Source: an uncultured Candidatus Saccharibacteria bacterium
GTDB lineage: Bacteria > Patescibacteriota > Minisyncoccia > Phycocordibacterales > Phycocordibacteraceae
NCBI GenBank assembly: GCA_964446735.1
Contig: CAYUQB010000002.1
Coordinates: 18,516 to 82,515, forward strand
Direction of reading: 5' to 3'
DNA length: 64,000 nucleotides
Shown here one piece after another: positions 40,301 through 46,235 of the stretch. A program made the position numbers and the translations under genes. Position 1 is the stretch's first letter; each line of letters starts with the position of its first letter. Under the pieces are notes generated by a model. It did not search any database and was not told the origin of the DNA. It saw only the letters and a program-made list of their open reading frames with translations.

Positions 40301-43210
40301 GTGGGTGTCGGTTCTTCAACTCCGTGGGGTCAGTTCTCAGTGAATGCGTACGCAAGTACTGCACCAGCCTTCGTCGTCGGCAGCTCGAGTGCCACCAGTC
40401 TCGTGGTTTCTAACGGCGGCAATGTCGGTATCGGAACGAGTACGCCAGCACGCGCACTCCACGTCGCAAACTCAGGTGCCAGCTCACAATTCCTCCTCGA
40501 GGATACGGCGGCAGCTGCTGATCAACACATCGGTTCGATTGGGTTCTCACGCGGTGTCTTTAGCTTCAACACCCTTACCGATTCACTCGCAACGACCACT
40601 CGCCTCACCATCGACACCAGTGGCAATGTAGGTATCGCAACGTCTACACCGACCGCAAAGTTCGCGCTTACCGGAAGTGGCACCGGAACCGGTCGTCTCT
40701 TCGTACTTGCGGACTCGGCCAATACCGAACGACTCACCATTCTTGATAACGGAAAGGTAGGTATTGGTACAACCAGTCCAAACTGGCTCCTCTCGGTGTC
40801 AGGAACATCCGGCACTCGCTTCAAGACAACATCGGCTATCCAGAATGCGTTTGTCGTCGAGAATGCGGTTGGCACATCGACATTCCAAGTGGACACGCTT
40901 GATAACAGCGATTCCATCTTCTCGGTCGCGACCTCGTCGGGCAGTACGTACTTCTACGTTGGTGCGTCAGGACGCATTGGCGTAGGCACCACAACGCCGG
41001 GCGCTGCCCTCGATGTCTATAATGGTGCGCTGTGCGTTGATGACAGCTCGCCGACTTGTCAGGACGCTGCGCGTACCGCCGGTACAATCTATGCAGTTTC
41101 AACCTCCATTACCGGCATCGACCTTGCCGAGCGATACCCGACCAAGGATGCAACGCTTGCAGCAGCCGAGATCGTAGCGTTCGATCCTGCAAATCCGGTG
41201 TTTGTGAAGCGTGCTGCTTCAGGCAGCAGTTCGTTCCTCGGTGTCGTATCCACCCAGCCGGGTATTCTCCTCGGCGGCTATAACGACTCCTTATATAAGG
41301 ACGAGGTGAAAGTACCGGTGGCCCTTGCTGGTCGTGTCCCTGTTGCCGTTACGATGGAGGGAGGTGCTATCGACGTTGGTGACTACATCACCATCTCCAG
41401 TACGCCGGGTGTGGGAAAGAAGGCGACTGCGTCAGGCCAGACCATCGGCGTCGCGCTTGAGCCGGCAACCGCTGATGGCACTATCCAGGTATACATCAAA
41501 CCTGAGTATGTATTTGTGCCAAGCCAGCTCGCGATTGATGCTGATACAGGAAATGTCGGTATCGGAGTTGAGAACCCAACTCGTAAGCTTGAAGTGGCAG
41601 GAGATGCATTCTTCTCGGGCTTCCTTACTTCAGATCGATTTGTTGCATCCGGCTCGGGCACTAGCACGCTCCCACGAATTACCACCAATGCCATCGATCT
41701 TGCCGGCCAGTACCTCACTTCGGTTACCGGTACCGGACTCGAACTTTCGGGCGGCATACTCTCGATCGCAACGTCTTCGCTCACCAGTAATCTCTTCGCG
41801 CAGGGCGGCAATTCCTTTGGAACCACGACGGTGCTTGGCACTCGCGATACGCAGGATCTTGCCTTCATGACTGCAAGTTCGACTCGGCTCACTATTACCG
41901 CAGCCGGTAAGGTGGGTATTGGCACCGCGGCTCCCGCGCATGCGCTTGAAGTGGTTGGTGATGTTGCTGCCATTAGCTTCGTAAACACCTCAACTCGTAC
42001 TGCGAAGGAAGATATTACCTATCTCACGCAGGAAGATACGAAGGGTATTCTCGACACGCTTCGAGGCCTCAAGGTTGCCGAGTACCACTACAAGATTGAA
42101 AATCAATCAAATCCGCTCCGGCTTGGACTCATCGCAGAAGAGGCGCCTACTGAAGTACTCTCGCTTGATGGTAAGGGAGTTGATATCTATAAACTCGCAA
42201 CCTTCACCCTTGCCGGTGTCCAGTCGCTTGCAGGCAAAGTCGACACGCTCGAAGCAAAGGTTGCGGATATCGACGCACGACTCGCGCAGCTCGGGGGAGT
42301 AACACTTGCAACTACCAGTACCAGCACGAAAATCGCATCAAGCGGTGTCGGCCTGGGTGACCTTCCAGACGCACTACGCAGCTTCGGAGCATTCATTGGT
42401 AATGGCATCGCACAATTCCAAACACTCGTTGCACGACAATTTGTCGCAAGCAAGGATGCGGACGGCACGTCTTCTGCAGGTGAGGGAACCGTTGCATCAA
42501 CCACCAACTCGACCACCATTGAGAACAAACTGGTACGAGCATCAAGCAAGATCTTCATCACGTTCACGAGCCCAGTGGAGGGTGGGTGGTATCTGGCTGA
42601 TAAGAAGGAGGGAAGCTTCCGGGTGGTGCTGAAGAGCATGCCGGCTGAAGATGTCACGTTTGACTACTTCTTCATCCAGACCGAAGGGCAGCTCGCGGCG
42701 TCCGGCGCAGCGTCTGGCACCACAGACGGCAGCGATACGGAGCCGCCGGTGATTACGCTCAATGGTGAGACCTCTACGTACGTGCCAGTGGGGGAGACAT
42801 ACGTCGATCCTGGCGTGTCAGCGGTGGATGCAGTTGATGGCCCAGTTAGGTACAACCGACAGATAAATGGACAAACGATGGATATCAATGCTCCGCTTGA
42901 TACCTCGCACGAAGCGACCTATACGCTTACCTACGTTGCCTTCGATGCAAAGGGTAACTACGCAAGTGCCACTCGCACCGTCATTGTGGCAGCGCCCGGT
43001 GGTGGGGGAGCAGTACTTCCCGGTGCAACTCCCGAGCCGACACCTGCCCCAGAACCTGCACCGATACCTGAACCTACACCTGAACCTACACCTGAACCTG
43101 CACCAGAGCCAGCTCCGGAGCCAACACCAACTCCCGAGCCGACGCCTGCCCCAGAACCTGCACCGGAACCGGCTCCTGAACCAGCGCCATCCCCAGCTCT
43201 AGAAGGATGA
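28397..43210 (+). CDS. Giant (4937 aa) membrane-anchored tail-fibre/adhesin-like protein with N-terminal HTH
   Basis: N-term HTH (SGYNSDYIARLCREGKIEGTQIGRAWFV), TM (FALALTALVLMISVYAA), GIGTxSP repeats, YadA-like NTAVG/AIAIG repeats, Gly-rich tracts, DLAERY domain, S74-like STRTAKEDI..GLIAEE, Ig-like DTEPPVITLNG domain, Pro-Glu tail. Confidence 0.88.
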   Translation: MSLPLDKNFIPNKVASELSGYNSDYIARLCREGKIEGTQIGRAWFVNRESLEKFIKQQDTRKKEIARELSAAREREYSARQNAATEVKEVKEVRISTETSIPKAKLIPSQIAPLQAVIHRPVHVRVKARSPRLSEVHPTLRPGFALALTALVLMISVYAAESGLVNNFASRVITSAMRTHADAPELPLRSAFAIRGIGEHLALGTSHLVTGAPKVYERGLMALVRTPADSAAAVATVTTTPEHGIGERVALTTYRGITRFFSNATDRLAVFFGFKSPNIAVLPFEAASALHPSTNLPAPTSSGEYRPTTQGITTVNYLTGVSSEYVDSYVSSYVTNALRGVREQIGRDVLDSNAVKRSRSSSSGSSSGGAATSVNGAVVATSLTLSGITGSTQCLQVDTSGVVSGTGSACGAGGSGITGLKGQYSSTQTGATQTFATSSDTNLTLTITSSGDTHTFTPGWTGVLSVARGGLGLSAVTANGLLIGNSAGTGYTSVATSSLGLSTSDISEGSNLYYTTARFAASLAGTTTDALAEGAINRYYTDARARAAYSTTATGLSYSSASGVLSLSSGYNIPLTASTTNWNSFYDTPSTRITAGTNLSWSGNTLNGPADSTIRGLFSGTYPVSYDSGTGAFSLAFGTTTSNTWAGTQTFTNTPVLGTLTGLVGSNNGSLYQIATSSNFVTSIAQSFGSAQTGAVTLATSSAATWNGVTFTNSITNSGGTFTFTPALSGTLAVAGGGTATTTFYNGGVVFSDGTKLTQAAAASNFFWDNTNNRLGLGTSSPWGQLSINPNGISGPAFAIGSSTDTLFSITSGGHITIGTSTPASTNGITLTTTAGTAAPILYMYRNDSSVTASESLGAIYFDSNDGPVSTNDAAVAILAQAAEVHGSTAKGGQLIFQTKSIGTGPNSSSDERFRITASNTSGFSTSSPYATLSIHTNKDVTNRTLFAIGSSTASATSTLFSITNTGSTTLFQLPSSVLTTNENGTIVGTTSVGITYGGTGITSYTSGDLLYANSSGILAKLGIGSAGQVLKVTGGLPVWGADLTTGGGGGAGAWATTSDSLAVYPTDTSDVIIVGNSATSTLTSIFEVHGKSYFSNFLGIGTTNPSTQLSVQGDALFSGNLSLANLTATGTISTTNLTVGTLNGPLHANNGVVSATTSIGVLYGGTGLTTAPSYGQLLLGNSSSGYTLTATSSLGLQSVLQGTQGQVAYFSDTNTAVGTSSIFIGTNTNVGIGSSSPSARLSILGADAASSGATAPHALYVRGGTGGSTSGFGGPITLVGGAAGVATSNGGTVTIVSGSSFAGLPGAEIELTGSANSAGGGLTFTGGNGSILGGGFTFTSGDGQSGGSYYFTSGDGSLNGGDFNFTSGAATSSGSGGQFTFTGGVASSTTANATGGGFTVTGGAASSTISTVHGGSIQLTGGSGGTGALTVGSGGNIVLNGGAAGVAGGSVGNVLLAGLRGKVGIGSSSPYALLSLHASSTATTPMLFAISSSTSTFATSSLFSINNVGSTTLFQLPSSVLTTNQNGTIVGTTSIGVTYGGTGLTSGPSYGQLLVGNASAGYSLTATSSLGLVTSVNASGGTTGLSFSGGPITSSGTLTLSGTLGLANGGTATTTFYSGGVVFSDGARLTQASSTSDFFWDSTNKRLGLGTSTPWGQLSINPNGISGPAFAIGSTTNTSFVVTNGGYVGIGSAVPTNALTVVASSTSVTSTFPFDDTQLEIAATSSSSGSLNIGLNSRQSRYYIVGNSGNLTSNDMYIGVDGSSDGFGKVHIITGFAGGSVPRITATRDGQVGIGTTSPYAKFAVHAANAETNRVLFAIGSSTASATTTLFSVNNIGSTTLFQLPSSVLTTNENGTIVGTTSVGVTYGGTGLSTAPAYGQLLVGNSSGGYTLTATSSLGLGTGNGTVTSVDASGGTTGLSFSGGPITSSGTLTLSGTLGLANGGTATTTFYSGGVVFSDGARLTQASSTGDFFWDSTNKRLGLGTSTPFAKLSVNQNTSGPSTIPAFVVGASDSTKFIVTASGNVGVGTSSAAYTLDVGGFANVDKFSGYKQDTFTILTASSTSLSTLVGINAGASLTQGARYATVLGYGALQNTTSGTYNTAVGYQTLNANSTGAQNTALGAFALTNNFTGADNVALGYGASYFNAYATRTVAIGSEAGEGVGNYANQGGVLVGYKSGFNLTDGSNYNTLLGYQSGFGITTGANNIIIGADSDGSGGNSNLTTGSGNIQIGYNISLPSATASNQLNIGNLIYGTGVSGTAFVPSTGRIGIASTSPFAKLSVHANNGDTNPALFAIGSSTASATTTHFLVTRTGEVGIGTTSPSAQLALSGVSGTTAAAPDFLGLFGGTGGAPVTGDAGAGSSGRIGAGAGGATANGNGGAGGSLTFAAGTGGASSQTTGISGAGGSLSLSAGNGGDGSELVSTPGNGGAITITAGSAGGNGAASGGSVTINPGAKGTTGSDGNVLIATLRGKTGIGTTSPYAKLSIHSNNGDTNRTLFAIGSSTASATTTLFSITNTGDATLLGTSTAAGGSFTRLTVGSDYFTDLTGTGLALSGSALTLDTGNANSWTGTQTFNTVTINTGYVFTVGTLNGPLHANNGVVAATTSIGVTYGGTGLTTAPSYGQILVGNASSGYTLTATSSLGLPTGSGAAGRVAFWDGTGSLSSNANFTFSSTNSQFSIPNNGWYAIGGNLLGYASSTNQATIFGLGAGGNNATTTGAGSNLTAVGFNALNAMTTGANNTAVGSLALRSATTGGANTAVGASALSALTTGGFNTAVGYLAGTSVTTGAGNSILGHDAAASLTVGWNNTLIGQYAGYTITTGSGNTVLGGVEDTGISNLTTGDNNIAIGLNILFADGTADNQLNIGNFIFGTIPATTTNSSLQLPKTGKLGIATSSPYAKLSIHANNGSTDTTLFAIGSSTASATSTLFSVSNSGQLSSNLSGTTTLLRVAGREFIKADTASLNLALGFDPLRALTTGSGNIAIGENAGYGITTGTYNTSIGYGTQNQNGHYNVALGYQTGGAGNRAVAVGYNAYSDGQGGISIGAGANAFGSSTIAVGYGAYANNTDGIALGSDVFSYGTAAIVIGASASSDSGASSTIAIGYNAYGGGTISNTVIGDTAGFNIAGRRNLLIGPTAFDPNGASDGGLSIGNLIFGTLPATTTVASLPLTGAIGVATTSPYATLSVHANSGSVNTTLFAIGSSTASATSTLFSINNIGSTTLFRLPSSVLTTNENGTIVGTTSVGVTYGGTGLATAPSYGQLLLGNASSGYTLTATSSLGIAISDTTGTLSLARGGTATTTFYNGGVVFSDGTKLTQAAAASNFFWDNTNNRLGLGTSSPWGQLSINPNGISGPAFAIGSTTSTSFVITNAGYVGIGTATPQTSLDIDGGNVRITNLSGSVQNLLSLNNTSAGTAAGNAIVFNGPSSVQYGKVEVAADSATSQTYLALTVRGASAAYEALRAVGSSGSIGIGTTTPKWKLTVSTSTAPQLTLTDGSATNAPFNFRAINNLLYFSTSSPTTYATSTPFLSFDSSTASTSILRLDVTGTGTSTFANGLNIANGCYAVNGVCLVGTFTNTLASGGTATTTFYNGGVVFSDGTKLTQAAAASNFFWDNTNNRLGLGTSTPFGQLSIDSNGITGPAFVIGSSTATHLLVENSGRVGVGTTSPASAYGFNVGTNSYFGATTTFAGGAAIGAFTSGGKTGTWINLPTTGPSGIGTGGAGSNPFVAYAASATDWFNGSIIGDAVYRNANGTRILMGISNNNGTAQPQIIIQGNASSTWQTSFGTTSPWGMVSIGSHGIGDKPAFVIGSSTATNLIVTNSGRVGIGTSSPTSMLAVGGNVTISTAAANSGLLTIYSEDTGSLSNMQGIVVADRQNAYGSWQTPSGLDGVQIGGGGEVTAWNQDFFINYYSTGDVRLARGGGDVFVGSSPPTARLSVKGSAGSTTPVFLVSSSTNANLFNVQSTGFVGVGSSTPWGQFSVNAYASTAPAFVVGSSSATSLVVSNGGNVGIGTSTPARALHVANSGASSQFLLEDTAAAADQHIGSIGFSRGVFSFNTLTDSLATTTRLTIDTSGNVGIATSTPTAKFALTGSGTGTGRLFVLADSANTERLTILDNGKVGIGTTSPNWLLSVSGTSGTRFKTTSAIQNAFVVENAVGTSTFQVDTLDNSDSIFSVATSSGSTYFYVGASGRIGVGTTTPGAALDVYNGALCVDDSSPTCQDAARTAGTIYAVSTSITGIDLAERYPTKDATLAAAEIVAFDPANPVFVKRAASGSSSFLGVVSTQPGILLGGYNDSLYKDEVKVPVALAGRVPVAVTMEGGAIDVGDYITISSTPGVGKKATASGQTIGVALEPATADGTIQVYIKPEYVFVPSQLAIDADTGNVGIGVENPTRKLEVAGDAFFSGFLTSDRFVASGSGTSTLPRITTNAIDLAGQYLTSVTGTGLELSGGILSIATSSLTSNLFAQGGNSFGTTTVLGTRDTQDLAFMTASSTRLTITAAGKVGIGTAAPAHALEVVGDVAAISFVNTSTRTAKEDITYLTQEDTKGILDTLRGLKVAEYHYKIENQSNPLRLGLIAEEAPTEVLSLDGKGVDIYKLATFTLAGVQSLAGKVDTLEAKVADIDARLAQLGGVTLATTSTSTKIASSGVGLGDLPDALRSFGAFIGNGIAQFQTLVARQFVASKDADGTSSAGEGTVASTTNSTTIENKLVRASSKIFITFTSPVEGGWYLADKKEGSFRVVLKSMPAEDVTFDYFFIQTEGQLAASGAASGTTDGSDTEPPVITLNGETSTYVPVGETYVDPGVSAVDAVDGPVRYNRQINGQTMDINAPLDTSHEATYTLTYVAFDAKGNYASATRTVIVAAPGGGGAVLPGATPEPTPAPEPAPIPEPTPEPTPEPAPEPAPEPTPTPEPTPAPEPAPEPAPEPAPSPALEG
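30605..30720 (+). repeat. 116-bp intragenic repeat copy 1 (others at 38285-38400 and 39143-39258)
   Basis: Near-identical DNA encoding GGTATTTFYNGGVVFSDGTKLTQAAAASNFFWDNTNNR. Confidence 0.9.
33137..33288 (+). repeat. 152-bp intragenic repeat copy 1 (copy 2 at 34139-34290)
   Basis: Identical DNA encoding GGTTGLSFSGGPITSSGTLTLSGTLGLANGGTATTTFYSGGVVFSDGARLT. Confidence 0.9.
43031..43197 (+). repeat. Pro-Glu-Pro-Ala/Thr tandem repeat at C-terminus of giant protein
   Basis: PEPTPAPEPAPIPEPTPEPTPEPAPEPAP...; 12-bp DNA periodicity. Confidence 0.9.
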
Positions 43211-43257
43211 TTTACGCTATACTTATTTATGACGTTCGTCTCACCAACCACCTCACC

Positions 43258-44550
43258 ATGAAAACAGTTGCGCTCTTCCTTGCTCTCCTCCTCATGCCTA
43301 TTCAGGCATTTGCGATGAGTCAACCTCTCTTTTCTGCCATAGGTCAGATCTCAGGCGTCTCGGGGTCAACCCGTTACTACGGATGCGGAAATTCTGGAGT
43401 TACAAACTCCTCAATTGCACTAGTCGCACCTCCCCTCTCGGTTGCGGGAGTACTAGATAACCTTCAAGTGTCGACAAGTGCCGCTCCCGGGGCGGGGACT
43501 ACCATTACCTACACCGTCGAAAAGAATGACGTTGACACAACACAGACCTGCCAAATTTCTGACACAGCGACTACCTGTTCGGATGCCGCTCATCCAATAA
43601 CATTCGCAGCCGGCGATACTTGTGGTATTCGCACTCAAGCCACAACCGGTGCTCCAGCAGCAATAGAATCAAATGTTTCCAACTCATTCGTTCCCACCGC
43701 CGACGGTGAAGCGGTTATCACAGGTTCAGGTTCAAGTGCACTAAATAGTGCAACGGGCTATTATGCTGTGTATGGAGATACTGCAACGACCTCCATAACT
43801 CGCGCCTCTACAACCTTTCCTACCAACGGAACAGTCGATAAATTTTACGTTGCACTAAGCGGTACTCCCGGGACGGGCACCTCATATGACTTCACAGTGT
43901 TTAAGAACGGTGTAACAACTGGCATCACCTGCCAGGTTGCTAACACCGCAACAACGTGCAATGACCCAACGAACACTGCATCCTTCTCCGCAGGTGACTC
44001 TATCACCATCCAGGTGGTTCCTACTGGCACACCGACTGCGCGGTCGCCCAAATGGGGTCTTCGCTTCACGCCGACGATAAATGGCGAGAGCGTTTTGTTT
44101 GTTCGTGAACTCAACAATTCAAACGTCACTCGCTACCATGCCATACAAGGCTCTGGGGAGCGCAGCACTAACGAAGTCAACGTGCAGGTGGTAGCACCGC
44201 TCGCGTTCCAGCTGAAGAAACTTTATTTCAACATCGTACACGGTCAACCGACCGCCGGCACCAGCCGTATTCTTACCGTGAGAAAGAACGGTGCCGGTAC
44301 GTCGTTAGGCGGGACACTCACCGATACGGCTGCGTGGGTGACTGATCTTAGCGATACCGTTGACTATGCGGCCGGTGATCTCGTATCTACAGAAATGACC
44401 AACACTGGCTCACCACCCACGGCTGTTGTTGAATTCTGGTCAACGGTTGCGTTCGTAGATCCTGGAACTGCGGCCACGACCCCTACTTCGAAGTTCCGTA
44501 TCTTCGGCGGTAAGTGGAATATTTTTGGGGGCAGCGTATTCCTCCGATAA
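43258..44550 (+). CDS. Secreted protein with three tandem beta-rich repeats (BclB/C1q-like jelly roll, inferred)
   Basis: Signal peptide MKTVALFLALLLMPIQAFA; three repeats of TVxKN(G/D)..T...D....xxAGD. Confidence 0.7.
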   Translation: MKTVALFLALLLMPIQAFAMSQPLFSAIGQISGVSGSTRYYGCGNSGVTNSSIALVAPPLSVAGVLDNLQVSTSAAPGAGTTITYTVEKNDVDTTQTCQISDTATTCSDAAHPITFAAGDTCGIRTQATTGAPAAIESNVSNSFVPTADGEAVITGSGSSALNSATGYYAVYGDTATTSITRASTTFPTNGTVDKFYVALSGTPGTGTSYDFTVFKNGVTTGITCQVANTATTCNDPTNTASFSAGDSITIQVVPTGTPTARSPKWGLRFTPTINGESVLFVRELNNSNVTRYHAIQGSGERSTNEVNVQVVAPLAFQLKKLYFNIVHGQPTAGTSRILTVRKNGAGTSLGGTLTDTAAWVTDLSDTVDYAAGDLVSTEMTNTGSPPTAVVEFWSTVAFVDPGTAATTPTSKFRIFGGKWNIFGGSVFLR

Positions 44551-44555
44551 TCCCT

Positions 44556-45572
44556 ATGAAACCTATTCGCGTTGCCATCAATGGATTCGGTCGCATCGGT
44601 CGTTCCTTTGTTCGTCAAAGTTTTGATCGCCCTGATATAGAGCTGGTTGCAGTGAACGATCTCGGATCGCTGGAGAACCTGGCATATCTTCTAAAACACG
44701 ACACGGTCTACGGTAAGGCACCATTCGATGTCTCGATCGAAGACGGAAAGCTCATGGTTGCAGGGAGGGCAGTTACGTTCCTATCCGAAAAGGAACCCCA
44801 GAATCTTCCTTGGAAAGATCTGGCAATCGATGTGGTTATTGAGTCTACGGGCTTCTTTACTGATTACGAAAAGGCGAACGCCCATGTTACTGCCGGTGCC
44901 AGGCACGTAGTTATCTCTGCTCCGGTCAAAGAAGAGAACCCGCTTGGTGCAACTATTCTCATGGGTCTCGATGAGAGCAAGCTCGGAACATGCCCAATTA
45001 CATCGAATGCTTCGTGCACCACCAACTCCGCGAGTCCAGTCATCGCTATTCTCGATGAAGCGATTGGCATTGAGAAGGCCATCCTTTCAACCGCACACGC
45101 TTATACCGCGAGTCAGTCCATTGTGGATGGACCCTCCAAAAAGGATATGAAAGAGGGGAGGGCAGCAGCACAGAATATTGTCCCAACTTCGACCGGAGCT
45201 GCTGTTGCGGTGACCAAGGCGTACCCATCACTTGCAGGTAAGTTTGATGGCATCTCACTTCGCGTGCCGGTACCTGCTGGCTCCATTGCCGACATCACCT
45301 TCATAGCGAAGCGTCCTACCTCTGCAGATGAAGTGAACGATATTCTCCGACGTGCAAGCTGCGAGGAACGTTGGCAGGGGATCTTCACGACTACTGATGA
45401 AGAATTAGTCTCGTCCGACATCATCGGTGAACTGCACGCTTCCATTGCTGATCTAGGTATGACTCGGGTCGTGGATGGCACCCTCGTGAAGGTGCTTGCC
45501 TGGTACGACAACGAAGCAGGGTATACTCATACGTTAGTCCAACATGTGATTAAGGCCGGACAATACTTATAG
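44556..45572 (+). CDS. gap: Type I glyceraldehyde-3-phosphate dehydrogenase
   Basis: INGFGRIGR, SNASCTTN, PTSTGAA, WYDNE; start at ATG 44556. Confidence 0.97.
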   Translation: MKPIRVAINGFGRIGRSFVRQSFDRPDIELVAVNDLGSLENLAYLLKHDTVYGKAPFDVSIEDGKLMVAGRAVTFLSEKEPQNLPWKDLAIDVVIESTGFFTDYEKANAHVTAGARHVVISAPVKEENPLGATILMGLDESKLGTCPITSNASCTTNSASPVIAILDEAIGIEKAILSTAHAYTASQSIVDGPSKKDMKEGRAAAQNIVPTSTGAAVAVTKAYPSLAGKFDGISLRVPVPAGSIADITFIAKRPTSADEVNDILRRASCEERWQGIFTTTDEELVSSDIIGELHASIADLGMTRVVDGTLVKVLAWYDNEAGYTHTLVQHVIKAGQYL

Positions 45573-45600
45573 AAGCTTGTTAAATAAGGGTTTTCTGAAG

Positions 45601-45628
45601 AGTCTCGCTCAAAAAGCGGGGCTTTTTT
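45601..45628 (+). terminator. Intrinsic terminator after gap
   Basis: AGTCTCGCT-caaaa-AGCGGGGCT hairpin followed by T tract. Confidence 0.65.
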
Positions 45629-45725
45629 GCTACCTGCTTTTCACTCACCTAAAGGTCGAAATTATTAGCCAAGTTAACCATTGTCCCGAAAGGGATCAGC
45701 CGGAGTACGACGGCAGATGCTAGCG

Positions 45726-45875
45726 ATGGATCAGAAAAACCATGAGGAAGTATGTAATCGATGGAATGGAGATTTACTCAAGTCTCGATTTCCGGAGACG
45801 AAGAAAAAGCTTCTTGAGACGGCTATTCGATGTATTCGTAGGTCCAGTTATCCACAGGGTCAGACGAATCAATGA
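45726..45875 (+). CDS. Small hypothetical phage protein
   Basis: MDQKNHEEVCNRW..., ATGA-coupled to next gene; start uncertain. Confidence 0.35.
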   Translation: MDQKNHEEVCNRWNGDLLKSRFPETKKKLLETAIRCIRRSSYPQGQTNQ

Positions 45876-46120
45876 AAGCTCTCAAAAGTACCCGATTAGT
45901 TACTTACCGTAGATCTGGGAAACCCGCCCTGATCCTTGAGGGTAAGTGGCTAACGGAACGATATCGATTGAAAGTTGGCGACGTGATCGATGTCGATTAT
46001 CAGCCAAAGGAAATTAGGATACGCAAAAATCACAAATTAAGTGTTGAGCGTAGAAAGTTTCTGGCGGAAGTCGCCGAGCTTCGTAGACAGCAAATCGAAG
46101 CGATAAAGAATAGGAATTAG
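45872..46120 (+). CDS. SymE/AbrB-fold small protein
   Basis: PALILEGKWL...LKVGDVIDV resembles the SymE P-x-I/L-x-L-x-G-x-W-L pattern. Confidence 0.6.
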   Translation: MKALKSTRLVTYRRSGKPALILEGKWLTERYRLKVGDVIDVDYQPKEIRIRKNHKLSVERRKFLAEVAELRRQQIEAIKNRN

Positions 46121-46149
46121 AAATGATTAATCACTTAAAAGTAGTAATT

Positions 46150-46180
46150 AAAAAATAAAAGACCCCCGAAGGGAGCCTTT
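46150..46180 (-). terminator. Minus-strand intrinsic terminator with C(UUCG)G loop
   Basis: Minus strand reads AAAGGCTCCC-TTCG-GGGGTCTTTTATTTTTT. Confidence 0.65.
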
Positions 46181-46235
46181 CATCAACAGATACATCGTAT
46201 CAAAGACCCCTTTGGTGAGTCAATAGCTAAAAACT

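Noticed and set aside
28397-43210. Giant gene as part of the prophage
   Set aside because: Host-like composition, TM anchor, and separated from phage genes by gap
45558-45585. dif-like site at the prophage junction (ends TGTTAAAT)
   Set aside because: Only 8 of 11 bases match the E. coli XerD arm, with no convincing XerC arm or dyad symmetry
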